Shown piece after piece: positions 34,274-43,680 of a stretch of 64,000 nucleotides of DNA (positions are counted from its first letter, which is position 1; each line of letters opens with the position of its first letter). The notes under the pieces are model-generated. The model did no database searches. It was not told the origin of the DNA and worked only from the letters and a program-made list of their open reading frames with translations. A program made the position numbers and the translations under genes. This DNA is from Pseudomonadota bacterium (GTDB lineage: Bacteria; Pseudomonadota; Alphaproteobacteria; UBA8366): the NCBI GenBank assembly GCA_036337155.1, contig JAYZET010000027.1, positions 8,009 through 72,008 on the forward strand, given 5' to 3'.

Positions 34274-35473
34274 CTATGCGGTATTTTGTGCAAGCCGAGC
34301 CAAAGGCTGTTCCCGGATTGGCCAATGCAGAAACGCGGCTACAATGCCGAGAGCGGCAGCCGCAAGCCACATCAAATCATAAGAACCTGTCTCGTCAAAG
34401 ATAAGGCCGGCAAGCCACGCCCCAAAAAAACTACCTAATTGATGGCCCAACATCACTACGCCGAAAAGCATAGAGAAATAACGGGTGCCAAAAATTTGCG
34501 CTACAATTCCGCTAGTGAGGGGCACAGTCGCAAGCCAAAGCAGGCCGAATGCTACGCTAAACGCAATTGCGGTGATCTCAGTGATTGGGATCATCAAGAC
34601 CAGCGCCATGACCGCGGCCCGTGCCGCGTAAATTAGCGTCAGCAGGTTTTTCTTACTGAATCTATCACCAAGCGCACCAAAGATATAAGCGCCTGCAACG
34701 TTAAACAGACCAATCAGACCGAGCGCATAGGATGCAAATTCACCAGATAGACCTTCGTCCATCTGAAACGCAACAAAGTGGGTTCCGATAAATGTAACGT
34801 GAAATCCACAGACGAAGAAGCCTAGCGTGAGTAGAATGTATCCCGAATGGGAACGAGCTTCCAAAATGGCATCTGAAATCGACTGTCTCGCGCCATCTCC
34901 CTCGGTAATTTTTGCGCCCTTTAGACCAATCGCGGCTAATGTTAACAGGGCGACCATAACCGCGAGGCAGAAAAAAGCATCCCGCCATCCAATTGCGTCA
35001 ATGAGCTGTTGACCACCTGGAACGAAAAAAAACATTCCTACCGACTGCGCGGCAATCACGGTGCCAAACACAATACTGCGGCGTTCATTCGCCACCACCT
35101 TGCCGACAGCCCCAAGAACTAATACTTGCGTCGGACCGCTAAGACCAAGGCCGACCAGAACGCCTAGCGACATCATGAATTCCCATGAATCACCGCTGAT
35201 ACCAGCCCACCAGAGCCCGATGGAATAAAGCAAAGCGCCTGAGACCATGATACGAACCGTACCGTATCGATCGGCAAGCAGTCCGGCGACGGGCTGCGAA
35301 AATCCATAGATTAGGGCCTGCGTTGCCATCACCAAGCCAAAAAACTGGCGGTTCATTTCCAGATCAATGGTAACGGGATAGAGAAATACCCCAAATGCCT
35401 GTCGCAGGCCTCCGCCTATAAGCACTATCGCGACGCCACAAGCGACAATTAACAGTAAGCGGCCACTCATCAA
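34274..35473 (-). CDS. MFS transporter
   Basis: About 12 TM helices; GLLADRYG, GFFVCGFHV, HQLGSFFGAWLAG. Confidence 0.9.
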   Translation of the reverse strand: MMSGRLLLIVACGVAIVLIGGGLRQAFGVFLYPVTIDLEMNRQFFGLVMATQALIYGFSQPVAGLLADRYGTVRIMVSGALLYSIGLWWAGISGDSWEFMMSLGVLVGLGLSGPTQVLVLGAVGKVVANERRSIVFGTVIAAQSVGMFFFVPGGQQLIDAIGWRDAFFCLAVMVALLTLAAIGLKGAKITEGDGARQSISDAILEARSHSGYILLTLGFFVCGFHVTFIGTHFVAFQMDEGLSGEFASYALGLIGLFNVAGAYIFGALGDRFSKKNLLTLIYAARAAVMALVLMIPITEITAIAFSVAFGLLWLATVPLTSGIVAQIFGTRYFSMLFGVVMLGHQLGSFFGAWLAGLIFDETGSYDLMWLAAAALGIVAAFLHWPIREQPLARLAQNTA

Positions 35474-35711
35474 ATACAGCCTGCAATTCCTACATTAAAA
35501 TCCGAGAAGGTCATTTCGGCACGGAAGTGCCATCCTAAAAAAAATAACAAACTTGCGCCTATTTATTGATTTAGACCGTCACAAGCCAGCAATACCTAAT
35601 TTACAATATCTATAACAGTTGCTGCGAGTCTAACATCCAGTTTCATCTTGAGCGGTAATTCTGAACGAAGTCAGTGCCTCCATACAGAAAACGGCCCCAA
35701 GAGTAAATCAA

Positions 35712-36809
35712 CTAGGCCATTTCTGCTCGGATTTTGCTACGTAGGACGTCAAGTGGAACTTCCTTGCCGTCACTCGGGAGATACCAGAAAGTCCATCCGT
35801 TGCAACTGGCAGCCCCCTGCACTGCCGCGCCGACCTGATGGATCGAACCGCGATAGTCCGAAGCGATGAGCGTTCCATCGGCCCGTACCTTTGCAGTCCA
35901 GCGTCGACAATGACTCCGTAAGATGGTGCCCGGTTCAAGCAATCCGCGCTCAACCAACCAACCAAAAGGAATCCGTGGCTCTTTTCGTTTTGACGGCGTT
36001 TGGACTAGGTTGAGATCGACTGTACCCGGAATTTTCTCTAAGCGCTTACGTGCGACGCGTGCGTAATCCGGATTTTGTTCAAGACCCAAGTATCTTCGGC
36101 CCAGCTTCTTCGCCACCGCACCCGTCGTGCCGGTCCCAAAGAAAGGATCGAGCACTATGTCTCCCGGGTTAGTCGACGCCAGTATGGCCCGGTGCAACAA
36201 TGCTTCTGGTTTTTGGGTCGGGTGCGCCTTTGACCCGTCCGTTTTTTTTAGTCTTTCGTGTCCAGTGCAGATCGGTATGGTCCAATCGCTTCGCATCTGC
36301 AAATCATCATTAAGCGCCTTCATAGCCTCATAATTGAAGGTGTATTTTGAATCCGATGAACGCGCACACCAGATCATCGTCTCGTGTGCGTTTGTGAAAC
36401 GTCTGCCCCTAAAATTTGGCATCGGATTGGTCTTAATCCAGATGACATCGTTCAGAATCCAATAACCAAGATCCTGCAATGTCGCACCAACGCGATAGAT
36501 ATTATGGTAGCTGCCGATGACCCACAATGTACCATCATCCTTAAGGACACGGCGGCATTCATCGAGCCATTTCCACGTAAAACGGTCGTATGACGTGAAA
36601 CCGTCGAATTTGTCCCAGTCTTCCTCCACACCATCAACGCGGCTATCGTTTGGGCGTCGCAACTCTCCGTTCAGTTGAAGGTTGTAGGGCGGGTCTGCAA
36701 AAACCATGTCTACCGAACGATCCGGCAAAGAGGCGAGCATTTTCGTGGAATCGCCCAGTAAAACTTCATTTTCTGGAAGTACTTCGGAGTATTCATTTAT
36801 TTTACTCAT
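35712..36809 (-). CDS. ccrM: Cell-cycle-regulated DNA adenine methyltransferase CcrM (GANTC)
   Basis: FADPPYNLQL, NPMPNFRGRRFTNAHET, HPTQKPE, DPFFGTGTT, C-terminal SCNGWTFW domain; downstream of rnhB; start ATG 36809 preferred. Confidence 0.92.
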   Translation of the reverse strand: MSKINEYSEVLPENEVLLGDSTKMLASLPDRSVDMVFADPPYNLQLNGELRRPNDSRVDGVEEDWDKFDGFTSYDRFTWKWLDECRRVLKDDGTLWVIGSYHNIYRVGATLQDLGYWILNDVIWIKTNPMPNFRGRRFTNAHETMIWCARSSDSKYTFNYEAMKALNDDLQMRSDWTIPICTGHERLKKTDGSKAHPTQKPEALLHRAILASTNPGDIVLDPFFGTGTTGAVAKKLGRRYLGLEQNPDYARVARKRLEKIPGTVDLNLVQTPSKRKEPRIPFGWLVERGLLEPGTILRSHCRRWTAKVRADGTLIASDYRGSIHQVGAAVQGAASCNGWTFWYLPSDGKEVPLDVLRSKIRAEMA

Positions 36810-36815
36810 GTAATA

Positions 36816-36844
36816 AAGATGATTCATAGAAATCACCGCGTCAA
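36816..36844 (-). promoter_or_regulatory. Putative ccrM promoter containing a GANTC site
   Basis: Minus strand TTGACG-N17-CATCTT ending 6 nt before the ATG; GATTC at 36821-36825. Confidence 0.45.
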
Positions 36845-36907
36845 TATGAAGAATTTTCCTAGTAAATTATGGAATGTATATGTCAACATATTGAGTCTTA
36901 AATAACT

Positions 36908-37522
36908 TTACTGTCTATATCTTGTTAATGCCTCACGTATTGGGGCAAAACTGCCCCGGTGCACTGACGTTACACCGAGGCGCACAATCGCCTCTCGGTG
37001 CTCTTTCGTCCCATAGCCAGCATTGCGTTCCCAACCATAGCCGGGAAATTTCTGGGCGAGTTTCACCATCATCCGATCACGTGTGACTTTAGCCACAACG
37101 GAGGCGGCTGCGATAGAGAGGGACAGAGCATCGCCTTTGACGACGGTTCTTACCGTACAACCGAGTTCCGGCGCACAATTTCCGTCAACTAACGCCGTTG
37201 AGGGTTCAGCAGGTAAATCACTAACAGCACGATGCATGGCAATCATCGTCGCCTGCAGTATGTTCAATTCGTCAATCTCCGATACCGTCGCTACACCAAC
37301 ACCAACCTGCGCGGTCGACTCCAACACTGCCAAGAGCGCTTCGCGAACATTACGATTCAACTTCTTCGAATCATCGATTTGGCCGCACAATTCAGCCGGC
37401 AAGTCATTTGGCAGAATAACAGCAGCCGCAACAACGGGCCCCGCCCAGGGTCCACGGCCCGCTTCGTCTATGCCAGCGACGGGTGCAATGGCTGCATTTT
37501 CAAATGTGAAGTCAGGCATCAT
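36908..37522 (-). CDS. rnhB: Ribonuclease HII
   Basis: GIDEAGRGPWAGPV, DDSKKL, KGDALSLSIAAASVVAKVTRD, GYGT, HRGSF. Confidence 0.96.
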   Translation of the reverse strand: MMPDFTFENAAIAPVAGIDEAGRGPWAGPVVAAAVILPNDLPAELCGQIDDSKKLNRNVREALLAVLESTAQVGVGVATVSEIDELNILQATMIAMHRAVSDLPAEPSTALVDGNCAPELGCTVRTVVKGDALSLSIAAASVVAKVTRDRMMVKLAQKFPGYGWERNAGYGTKEHREAIVRLGVTSVHRGSFAPIREALTRYRQ

Positions 37523-38882
37523 CGTCTGTCTTGATGATGGGCGAGGAGGAATTGCGGCTTTGTCGACGACGCTTACGAAGGTTTCGGCGCGCCCGTTCGC
37601 CAGCGATCTCCGCCTGCGTCACCAGCCAATAAATTGCATCGTAAAGTACCTTGCTATTGCGCCGTGTAAATCGCCATTCGCGAAAATACACAAGCCGCAA
37701 TAATCCACCGAGGGTTTTCATATGAGCTGCGGCTCTATGTTGAACGCGCCGCGCACTATTCATCCAAAGGGGGCTAGTTACTAGCGACAGAACCGTGACG
37801 GCAACGACTAGGCGATACAAGTCCGTATTAATAATTTTGCTCTCCAGAGCGACGCCGCCGAGTATGAAGCTGAACTCTCCAATTTGTGCTAGAAATAAGC
37901 CAGAAAGGAACGCGTGCTGCCAAGTCTCACCCATGGAACGAAAAATGGCAGCATTAAGAATCGTTTTGAATATCGTCACGAAAGCCCAAAGGAGTAACAC
38001 CAAACCGAAATTATTCCACAAGAATTCGAGATCGATTAGCAGGCCAATGGATAGAAAGAAAGTCATTAGCAAAATGCTTTCTACCGGTTTCGCTGCTTCA
38101 TAGAACTCATGGCGTTGATGACTACTGCCCACCACAAGACCAGCGAGGAAAGCCCCGAACACAGCTGAGATACCGATCAATCCCGCGAGCGCTGCCGCCG
38201 AGAAACACCAGGCTAGGGCCGCTACAGGCCGAAGGTCCAACTTACCAAGCACGAGTTTTGCAAATGGCAAGTCAAATTTGCGATCGCGCGCCAGGTAGCG
38301 GATCAAAACTACCAATAGGATGACAGCGACGATAATCTCAACAAATACAATCGCGTCCAATCCCTCACCCACAAGGCTAGTAAGAACAATCATCATCAGG
38401 GCAACCGCGAGATCTTGCGCGATCAACACGCCAACAGCGATCCGCCCAGTTCGGCGCCGTAAAGCGCCAACGTCCTCCATCATCTTGACGGCGACCGCGG
38501 TACTAGAAAGAGCCAAGACGAAGGCAAAAAGTACGACATGCGTCATTGGCCAATCGAGTGCATAGCCAAGGAACAAAATGGCTACGAGGCTGACCAAAAT
38601 CTGCAGACCAGTAGTGAAAACGGCGATTCGCCACATGCGCCTAAAACTGCGAACGGAAAGCTCCATTCCGATGATATAGAGCAGCATGAGAATGCCGAGT
38701 TCAGCTAATACTGCTACCTGACTCCGGTCTTCGACCAAACCCAACCCGGAAGGGCCGAGTATCACACCTGCCAAAATATATCCAACGATAGACGGCTGAT
38801 TGAGCCGAGCCATCACCATGCCGCACAGTGTGGCAGCCGCCGCTACGACGGCTAATCCCGTTAGTTCAATTCCTTGTTCCAT
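37512..38882 (-). CDS. Cation:proton antiporter (CPA2/Kef-like, no TrkA-N domain)
   Basis: GYILAGVILGP, LALSSTAV, LIAQDLA, GAFLAGL, LAQIGEFSF. Confidence 0.9.
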   Translation of the reverse strand: MEQGIELTGLAVVAAAATLCGMVMARLNQPSIVGYILAGVILGPSGLGLVEDRSQVAVLAELGILMLLYIIGMELSVRSFRRMWRIAVFTTGLQILVSLVAILFLGYALDWPMTHVVLFAFVLALSSTAVAVKMMEDVGALRRRTGRIAVGVLIAQDLAVALMMIVLTSLVGEGLDAIVFVEIIVAVILLVVLIRYLARDRKFDLPFAKLVLGKLDLRPVAALAWCFSAAALAGLIGISAVFGAFLAGLVVGSSHQRHEFYEAAKPVESILLMTFFLSIGLLIDLEFLWNNFGLVLLLWAFVTIFKTILNAAIFRSMGETWQHAFLSGLFLAQIGEFSFILGGVALESKIINTDLYRLVVAVTVLSLVTSPLWMNSARRVQHRAAAHMKTLGGLLRLVYFREWRFTRRNSKVLYDAIYWLVTQAEIAGERARRNLRKRRRQSRNSSSPIIKTDDDA

Positions 38883-39315
38883 GTAGCGTTGACGTTAGCT
38901 CATTCCGGGATGAGCCGTTGACGATTCCAAATTGGCCTCGCGCCCGGCAAGATCTAGCTTACTATAACACAGCAAAAGATTCGAAATTCTTTGGAACCGA
39001 ATCACAACGGATCAATAAAACTTTTGCCTAGCCCACTATATTACAAGTTTTTATAGGTTGCCGGACTATGCGAAATTCAGTTTGTATCCAGCTCAACAAG
39101 AATTTAGGTCAACTCGCAAGTTTTGGTTTAAGTAAAGGGACTGAAAGTATCTCAAGATGCATTCGTCGTGGCTGAACCGTTAGCTTTAAAGATAAAAACA
39201 CCTGGCGGTAAATTCAACTGCTACAGATCCCCGGCCACTTCGACTGTCAAATTTAATCCGAGACGCATTAAGAAAGATGTTAATACCTCCAAATCAGCAG
39301 ATCTACACCTCACCT

Positions 39316-39617
39316 ATCACGGTGGAGTAATTTCAACTGGTGAAATAACATCAAACAAAAATCCCTATTCTCACTACATTTGTTTCACAATTTCCGTCAG
39401 AACCAACAAACTCCAACACTACCAAAACAGGTTCACTCAAGAACAAGAGGAATCCCATTATCTAAATCAGAGAGGTATCACCGCCAGTAAAGGAAACAGG
39501 TGGAAGAACACCCAAGTGTTTAGTGTCCTCAAAAGATACAGAGAGAGACAAAAACGACGGGACTTCATTGAGAAGGAATACAAACCAATATGGGAAAGAT
39601 GGAACTTAAATCATTAA
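39316..39617 (+). pseudogene. Remnant with a serine-recombinase-type DNA-binding motif in an AT-rich insert
   Basis: HYLNQRGITASKGNRWKNTQVFSVLKR fits the LN..GI....G..W....V..IL motif of the Recombinase domain; no catalytic domain and no clean start. Confidence 0.45.
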
Positions 39618-39736
39618 AGAATATGGTTAGGTCTGGTGAAAAATGGGTAATCCTCATCTCCCTCTATGATATTTAAATGTTGCAGCTATAGTCAGCGAGT
39701 GAAAAACCTACTCCTCATATTCACAATCATTTTCGT

Positions 39737-39970
39737 TTGTTCTTTTCAAATCTCAAACTCGGCAAAGCAAAGGATGTTGCCTTTACAACTGGTGCATCTT
39801 CAGTAGCAGAATGGATTTACCTAAGCGGTCCGTCCTCAGTTGCTGATTGGATTTATGTTACTAGAGATTCATCAAGAGCAGATTATTCCATATGTTTTCC
39901 GCGTGGTTTCAGATACACCGAGAGACATATTGCCGCTATTTACGTGACATCATTGAAAATAGAAAAGTAA
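39737..39970 (+). CDS. Hypothetical protein (possibly 5'-truncated) with short internal repeats
   Basis: SSVAEWIY / SSVADWIY / SSRADYSI repeats; the DNA copies differ mainly at third codon positions. Confidence 0.4.
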   Translation: MFFSNLKLGKAKDVAFTTGASSVAEWIYLSGPSSVADWIYVTRDSSRADYSICFPRGFRYTERHIAAIYVTSLKIEK

Positions 39971-40106
39971 AAAATTGAAATTTCACCCGCTAGTAGTGAC
40001 AATGTCATTTCACAGGTAGAAATAACTCCGTCACAACGGAGGCAAAGTTGACCGAGTGCATTATCGCTCAAACCGATGAATATAAATTATAACCGAGTAG
40101 ACGAGA

Positions 40107-41186
40107 TCACAAGAGATCGAGTTGAACTCCGGCATGGGGCGGGCGACGAAAGCGCGACAAGTCGAGATCCGCGCTCTGCTTGTCCAGCCCGTATTTACGA
40201 AGCACTCGTTTGAAGCGTTGGCTCAGCATATCCGCATATGGCCCAGAACCAACCATGCGCTGATTCCAATTAGAATCATATATTTTTCCGAGATGGGTAT
40301 CCCTCACCAGGTTGAGAACGTGCGACGCCTTATCCGGAAAATGAACTTTCAGCCACTCCGAAAATAAATCACTGGTTTCCAAAGGTAAGCGCAAGAGCAC
40401 ATATCCGGCTCTGACAGCCCCTGCCTTCGCGGCTTCCCCCACAATCTTTTCCATCTCGATATCGTTTAGTGCTGGGATAATCGGAGCAACCAAGACACCG
40501 GTTCTAATACGGAGTGACGCAAGGGAGACAATCGCGGCCAGCCGCTTTTGCGGCGTCGGCGCTCGCGGCTCCAATTTATGTGCGAGAGCACGATCAAGCG
40601 TTGTCACGGAAACAGTCACGGTAGCCATTCCTTTAGCCGCCATGGGGCCGATTATGTCCGTATCCCGGAGTACCAAGTCGGATTTGGTAACTATACCGAA
40701 AGGGTGGTTGTATTCCGCGAGAACCTCTATAATACGACGCGTCAATTTTATCTGTCGCTCGATTGGCTGATAGGGATCCGTATTGGTGCCCAGCGCCATC
40801 ACATCTACCGCATAATTTTGCTCATCTAATTCAATTCGCAATCGTTCTGCCGCATCCGGCTTGTAGAACAATCGCGTCTCAAAATCGAGGCCTGGCGACA
40901 ATCCATAATACGCGTGCGTAGGCCTCGCAAAACAATAAATACAGCCGTGCTCACATCCGCGATAAGGATTGATAGAACGATCAAACGGCACGTCGGGTGA
41001 ATTGTTACGCGTAATGACAGTGCGGGCCGTATCCACCGAGAGGGTCGTGGCTATGTGTTCCGGCTCATTTTTCTCAGTAACCCAACCGTCATCGATTAGA
41101 TAGCGTTCGGCCGTCTCAAAGCGCCCGGAACGATTGCTAATCGCGCCGCGTCCCTTGCGAATCCTATCCTCTAGTCTCCAGTCCAT
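40107..41186 (-). CDS. PA0069-family (SplB-like) radical SAM protein
   Basis: RSINPYRGCEHGCIYCFARPTHAY (CxxxCxxC), GTNTDPYQPIE, LEPRAP, YVLLRLP, C-terminal QLDL. Confidence 0.93.
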   Translation of the reverse strand: MDWRLEDRIRKGRGAISNRSGRFETAERYLIDDGWVTEKNEPEHIATTLSVDTARTVITRNNSPDVPFDRSINPYRGCEHGCIYCFARPTHAYYGLSPGLDFETRLFYKPDAAERLRIELDEQNYAVDVMALGTNTDPYQPIERQIKLTRRIIEVLAEYNHPFGIVTKSDLVLRDTDIIGPMAAKGMATVTVSVTTLDRALAHKLEPRAPTPQKRLAAIVSLASLRIRTGVLVAPIIPALNDIEMEKIVGEAAKAGAVRAGYVLLRLPLETSDLFSEWLKVHFPDKASHVLNLVRDTHLGKIYDSNWNQRMVGSGPYADMLSQRFKRVLRKYGLDKQSADLDLSRFRRPPHAGVQLDLL

Positions 41187-41200
41187 CTCGTGATTATGTA

Positions 41201-41215
41201 GAACAATTAAAGAAC
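41201..41215 (-). promoter_or_regulatory. Alphaproteobacterial LexA (SOS) box
   Basis: GAAC-AATTAAA-GAAC (GTTC-N7-GTTC on the minus strand), 14 nt upstream of the radical SAM ATG. Confidence 0.8.
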
Positions 41216-41282
41216 ATTAAAACTGCAATTCATGATAATTCGAAACTCCAACAGTCCCATCCGGCATGCTAAAATTGGTACC

Positions 41283-41969
41283 ATGGCGGAACTCAGTATC
41301 GTCATACCAACCTATAACGCGGCGCGTATGCTCGGCCCGACACTCGCCCTACTAGCGCAAATTGAGTCAGTCGGCTTGATCAAAGAAGTTGTTGTTGCGG
41401 ATGGAGGCTCGACCGACCACACCGTAGCAATCGCACGCGAGGCGGGAGCATTGGTAGTCATATCGAACCTCGGACGAGGGCAGCAACTAAAGACAGGAGC
41501 TTCAGTAGCAACAGGAGCCTGGCTATTATTCCTACACGCTGACACCCTCCTTGAGGCAGGATGGAGCGAAGTGGTCCGAGAATTCATTGGCCACCCGAAC
41601 ACCCGAGGAATGGCCGGTTATTTTCGTTTTGCACTTGGGGACCATACACCAATGGCACGACGCCTCGAGCGTACCGTCCACTGGCGCAATCGGGTACTTG
41701 CTCTACCCTATGGCGACCAAGGCCTACTCCTTTCGAAGTCTCTGTACGAACACATTGGCGGATATCGACCCCTTCAGCTAATGGAAGATGTCGACTTGAT
41801 ACGCCGGATCGGCCGTAGGCGTCTACGCCAGCTTGGAGCAACGGCGATCACTTCGGCCGAACGTTATCGAAAGGAAGGTTATTTGCAGCGCTCGGCACGT
41901 AATCTGATTTGCCTTGGATTATATTACCTCGGCGTACCTACTCGTCTTATTCTCTGGTTATACGAATGA
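41283..41969 (+). CDS. TIGR04283-family GT2 glycosyltransferase
   Basis: SIVIPTYN, ADGGSTD, GRGQQL, LFLHADT, LPYGDQGL, LMEDV, TSAERY. Confidence 0.88.
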   Translation: MAELSIVIPTYNAARMLGPTLALLAQIESVGLIKEVVVADGGSTDHTVAIAREAGALVVISNLGRGQQLKTGASVATGAWLLFLHADTLLEAGWSEVVREFIGHPNTRGMAGYFRFALGDHTPMARRLERTVHWRNRVLALPYGDQGLLLSKSLYEHIGGYRPLQLMEDVDLIRRIGRRRLRQLGATAITSAERYRKEGYLQRSARNLICLGLYYLGVPTRLILWLYE

Positions 41970-42553
41970 GACAGCGGCACCTAATTATCTTGGCCAAGGC
42001 ACCTCGATTGGGCCGAGTAAAAAGGCGGCTTGCCCGCGACATAGGTGATTTAGAAGCCCTAAACTTTTATCGCACTACCCTAACCCGCACCATCCGAAGG
42101 CTTAGTCGTGATCGCCGTTGGCAGACCTGGCTGTTTGTCGACAACAACTCGGCACGTTGGCCTGGCGGTCTGCCAAGACGGCAACAGACACAGGGTAATC
42201 TCGGTCGGCGCATGGAGAAGGCGCTGCAATCCGTGCCGTCTGGACCAGTTGTACTCATCGGCTCCGACATACCGTGCGCAAATGCGTCAGATATCCGAGC
42301 CGCTTTCCATGCGCTTGAAGGCATGGACGCAGTTTTCGGCCCCTCGACAGACGGAGGATATTGGTTAATCGGAATACCAAATAACCGTGCAGCCCCCACC
42401 CTATTCCAGGATGTCCGCTGGTCTAGCGAACACGCCCTCTCAGATACCATTCACAACCTGCGTCTGCCCCGCAAATTTGGTCTGGCTCCGGTCCTCAGTG
42501 ACATCGACAATGGGATTTCCTTTGCTAATTGGCGATTGGAATCAGGCCATTAA
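41966..42553 (+). CDS. TIGR04282/DUF2064-family transferase
   Basis: AKAPRLGRVKRRL, QGNLGRRM, IGSDIP, GPSTDGGYWLIG, VRWSS, LSDID; ATGA overlap with the upstream gene. Confidence 0.88.
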   Translation: MRQRHLIILAKAPRLGRVKRRLARDIGDLEALNFYRTTLTRTIRRLSRDRRWQTWLFVDNNSARWPGGLPRRQQTQGNLGRRMEKALQSVPSGPVVLIGSDIPCANASDIRAAFHALEGMDAVFGPSTDGGYWLIGIPNNRAAPTLFQDVRWSSEHALSDTIHNLRLPRKFGLAPVLSDIDNGISFANWRLESGH

Positions 42554-43149
42554 TGAAAAGTGGATTAATCCTCAATAGAGTATTTTGAAACCCCAACTCA
42601 GGCTGCAATTTTTTCTGACGGGAAGTAATGAGCGTTAGCCAAAAAAAAACTAAGGGAGCATTATATTTTTTGAAACACCAACGCATTTTGGTTGTCGACA
42701 ATATGTGCAATTCGGAGTTCGTCAAAAATTTGGAGGCCATTGTTTCACGGCGCCTTGCGTTTTAATCAAAGGTTCGATTAGCCGAAAATCAGACCAATAC
42801 CTCGCGGGGAAGCCGTCCAACATGACAGTGCTCTTAAAATTTCGACAGACCTCCGCTGTCAGTTGATTTTGAAATTAGATTTGGCGACCCGTCGTAAGAC
42901 GTGACATCAACATCTCGAGTAATCGGCATTTCTGTTCCAATCTGCTACATGCTCGAAGAAACGCTGCATTACTCCAGCATTTCAAGCTAAGCCTTCGGCA
43001 CTATCGTCAAACTTACGGTCTCTGGCGGCGCGATGTCGCTAAAAGGCTCGGTAATGGCAACTTCAGGCTGTTTTCGAGCCAACCGCATCGTAATGGCCAT
43101 CTATCAATGCACCACTGTTTTTTTATACAAAGGTGACTCTAATTTGGGT

Positions 43150-43680
43150 TTAATTTTCTTGGAGGCGGGGCATAAGTTCCACAAAATTGCACGGACGAAA
43201 TCGGTTATCCAACTGGTGGTGAAGGATATCATCCCAACCATCGCGGCACGCGCCGGTTGAACCCGGTAGGGCAAATAAATATGTGCCATTTGCGACACCT
43301 GCAACTGCCCGGCTTTGTATCGTAGAGGTACCAATCTTCTGAAAACTAACCCATCGGAACAGCTCTCCAAAGCCCGGTATGTCTTTTTCGCAGACACGAG
43401 CAAAAGCTTCGGGTGTCACATCGCGGCCAGTCACCCCCGTGCCGCCAGTCGAGATCACGACATCAACATTCGAATCTCTAACCCAATATAACAAACGCCT
43501 TTCTATAGCATCCACATCGTCCTTCACGATAGCCCGATCCACGAGCTTGTGTCCGTCTGCCTTAAGGCATTCAACCAGAGTATCTCCCGATTTGTCGTCG
43601 ATCTCCGTGCGCGTGTCGGAAATGGCCAACACTGCTATATTGACGGGTAGAAAAGGACGATTTCCGTCAACCGGCATCAC
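43150..43680 (-). CDS. moaB: Molybdenum cofactor biosynthesis protein B
   Basis: ISDTR, DDKSG, TGGTGVTGRDVTPEA, IPGFGELFR, LPGSTGAC, RPCNF. Confidence 0.95.
   Translation of the reverse strand: MMPVDGNRPFLPVNIAVLAISDTRTEIDDKSGDTLVECLKADGHKLVDRAIVKDDVDAIERRLLYWVRDSNVDVVISTGGTGVTGRDVTPEAFARVCEKDIPGFGELFRWVSFQKIGTSTIQSRAVAGVANGTYLFALPGSTGACRDGWDDILHHQLDNRFRPCNFVELMPRLQEN

Noticed and set aside
35712-36809. Restriction-modification system
   Set aside because: The methyltransferase has the CcrM C-terminal domain and rnhB synteny, with no adjacent endonuclease
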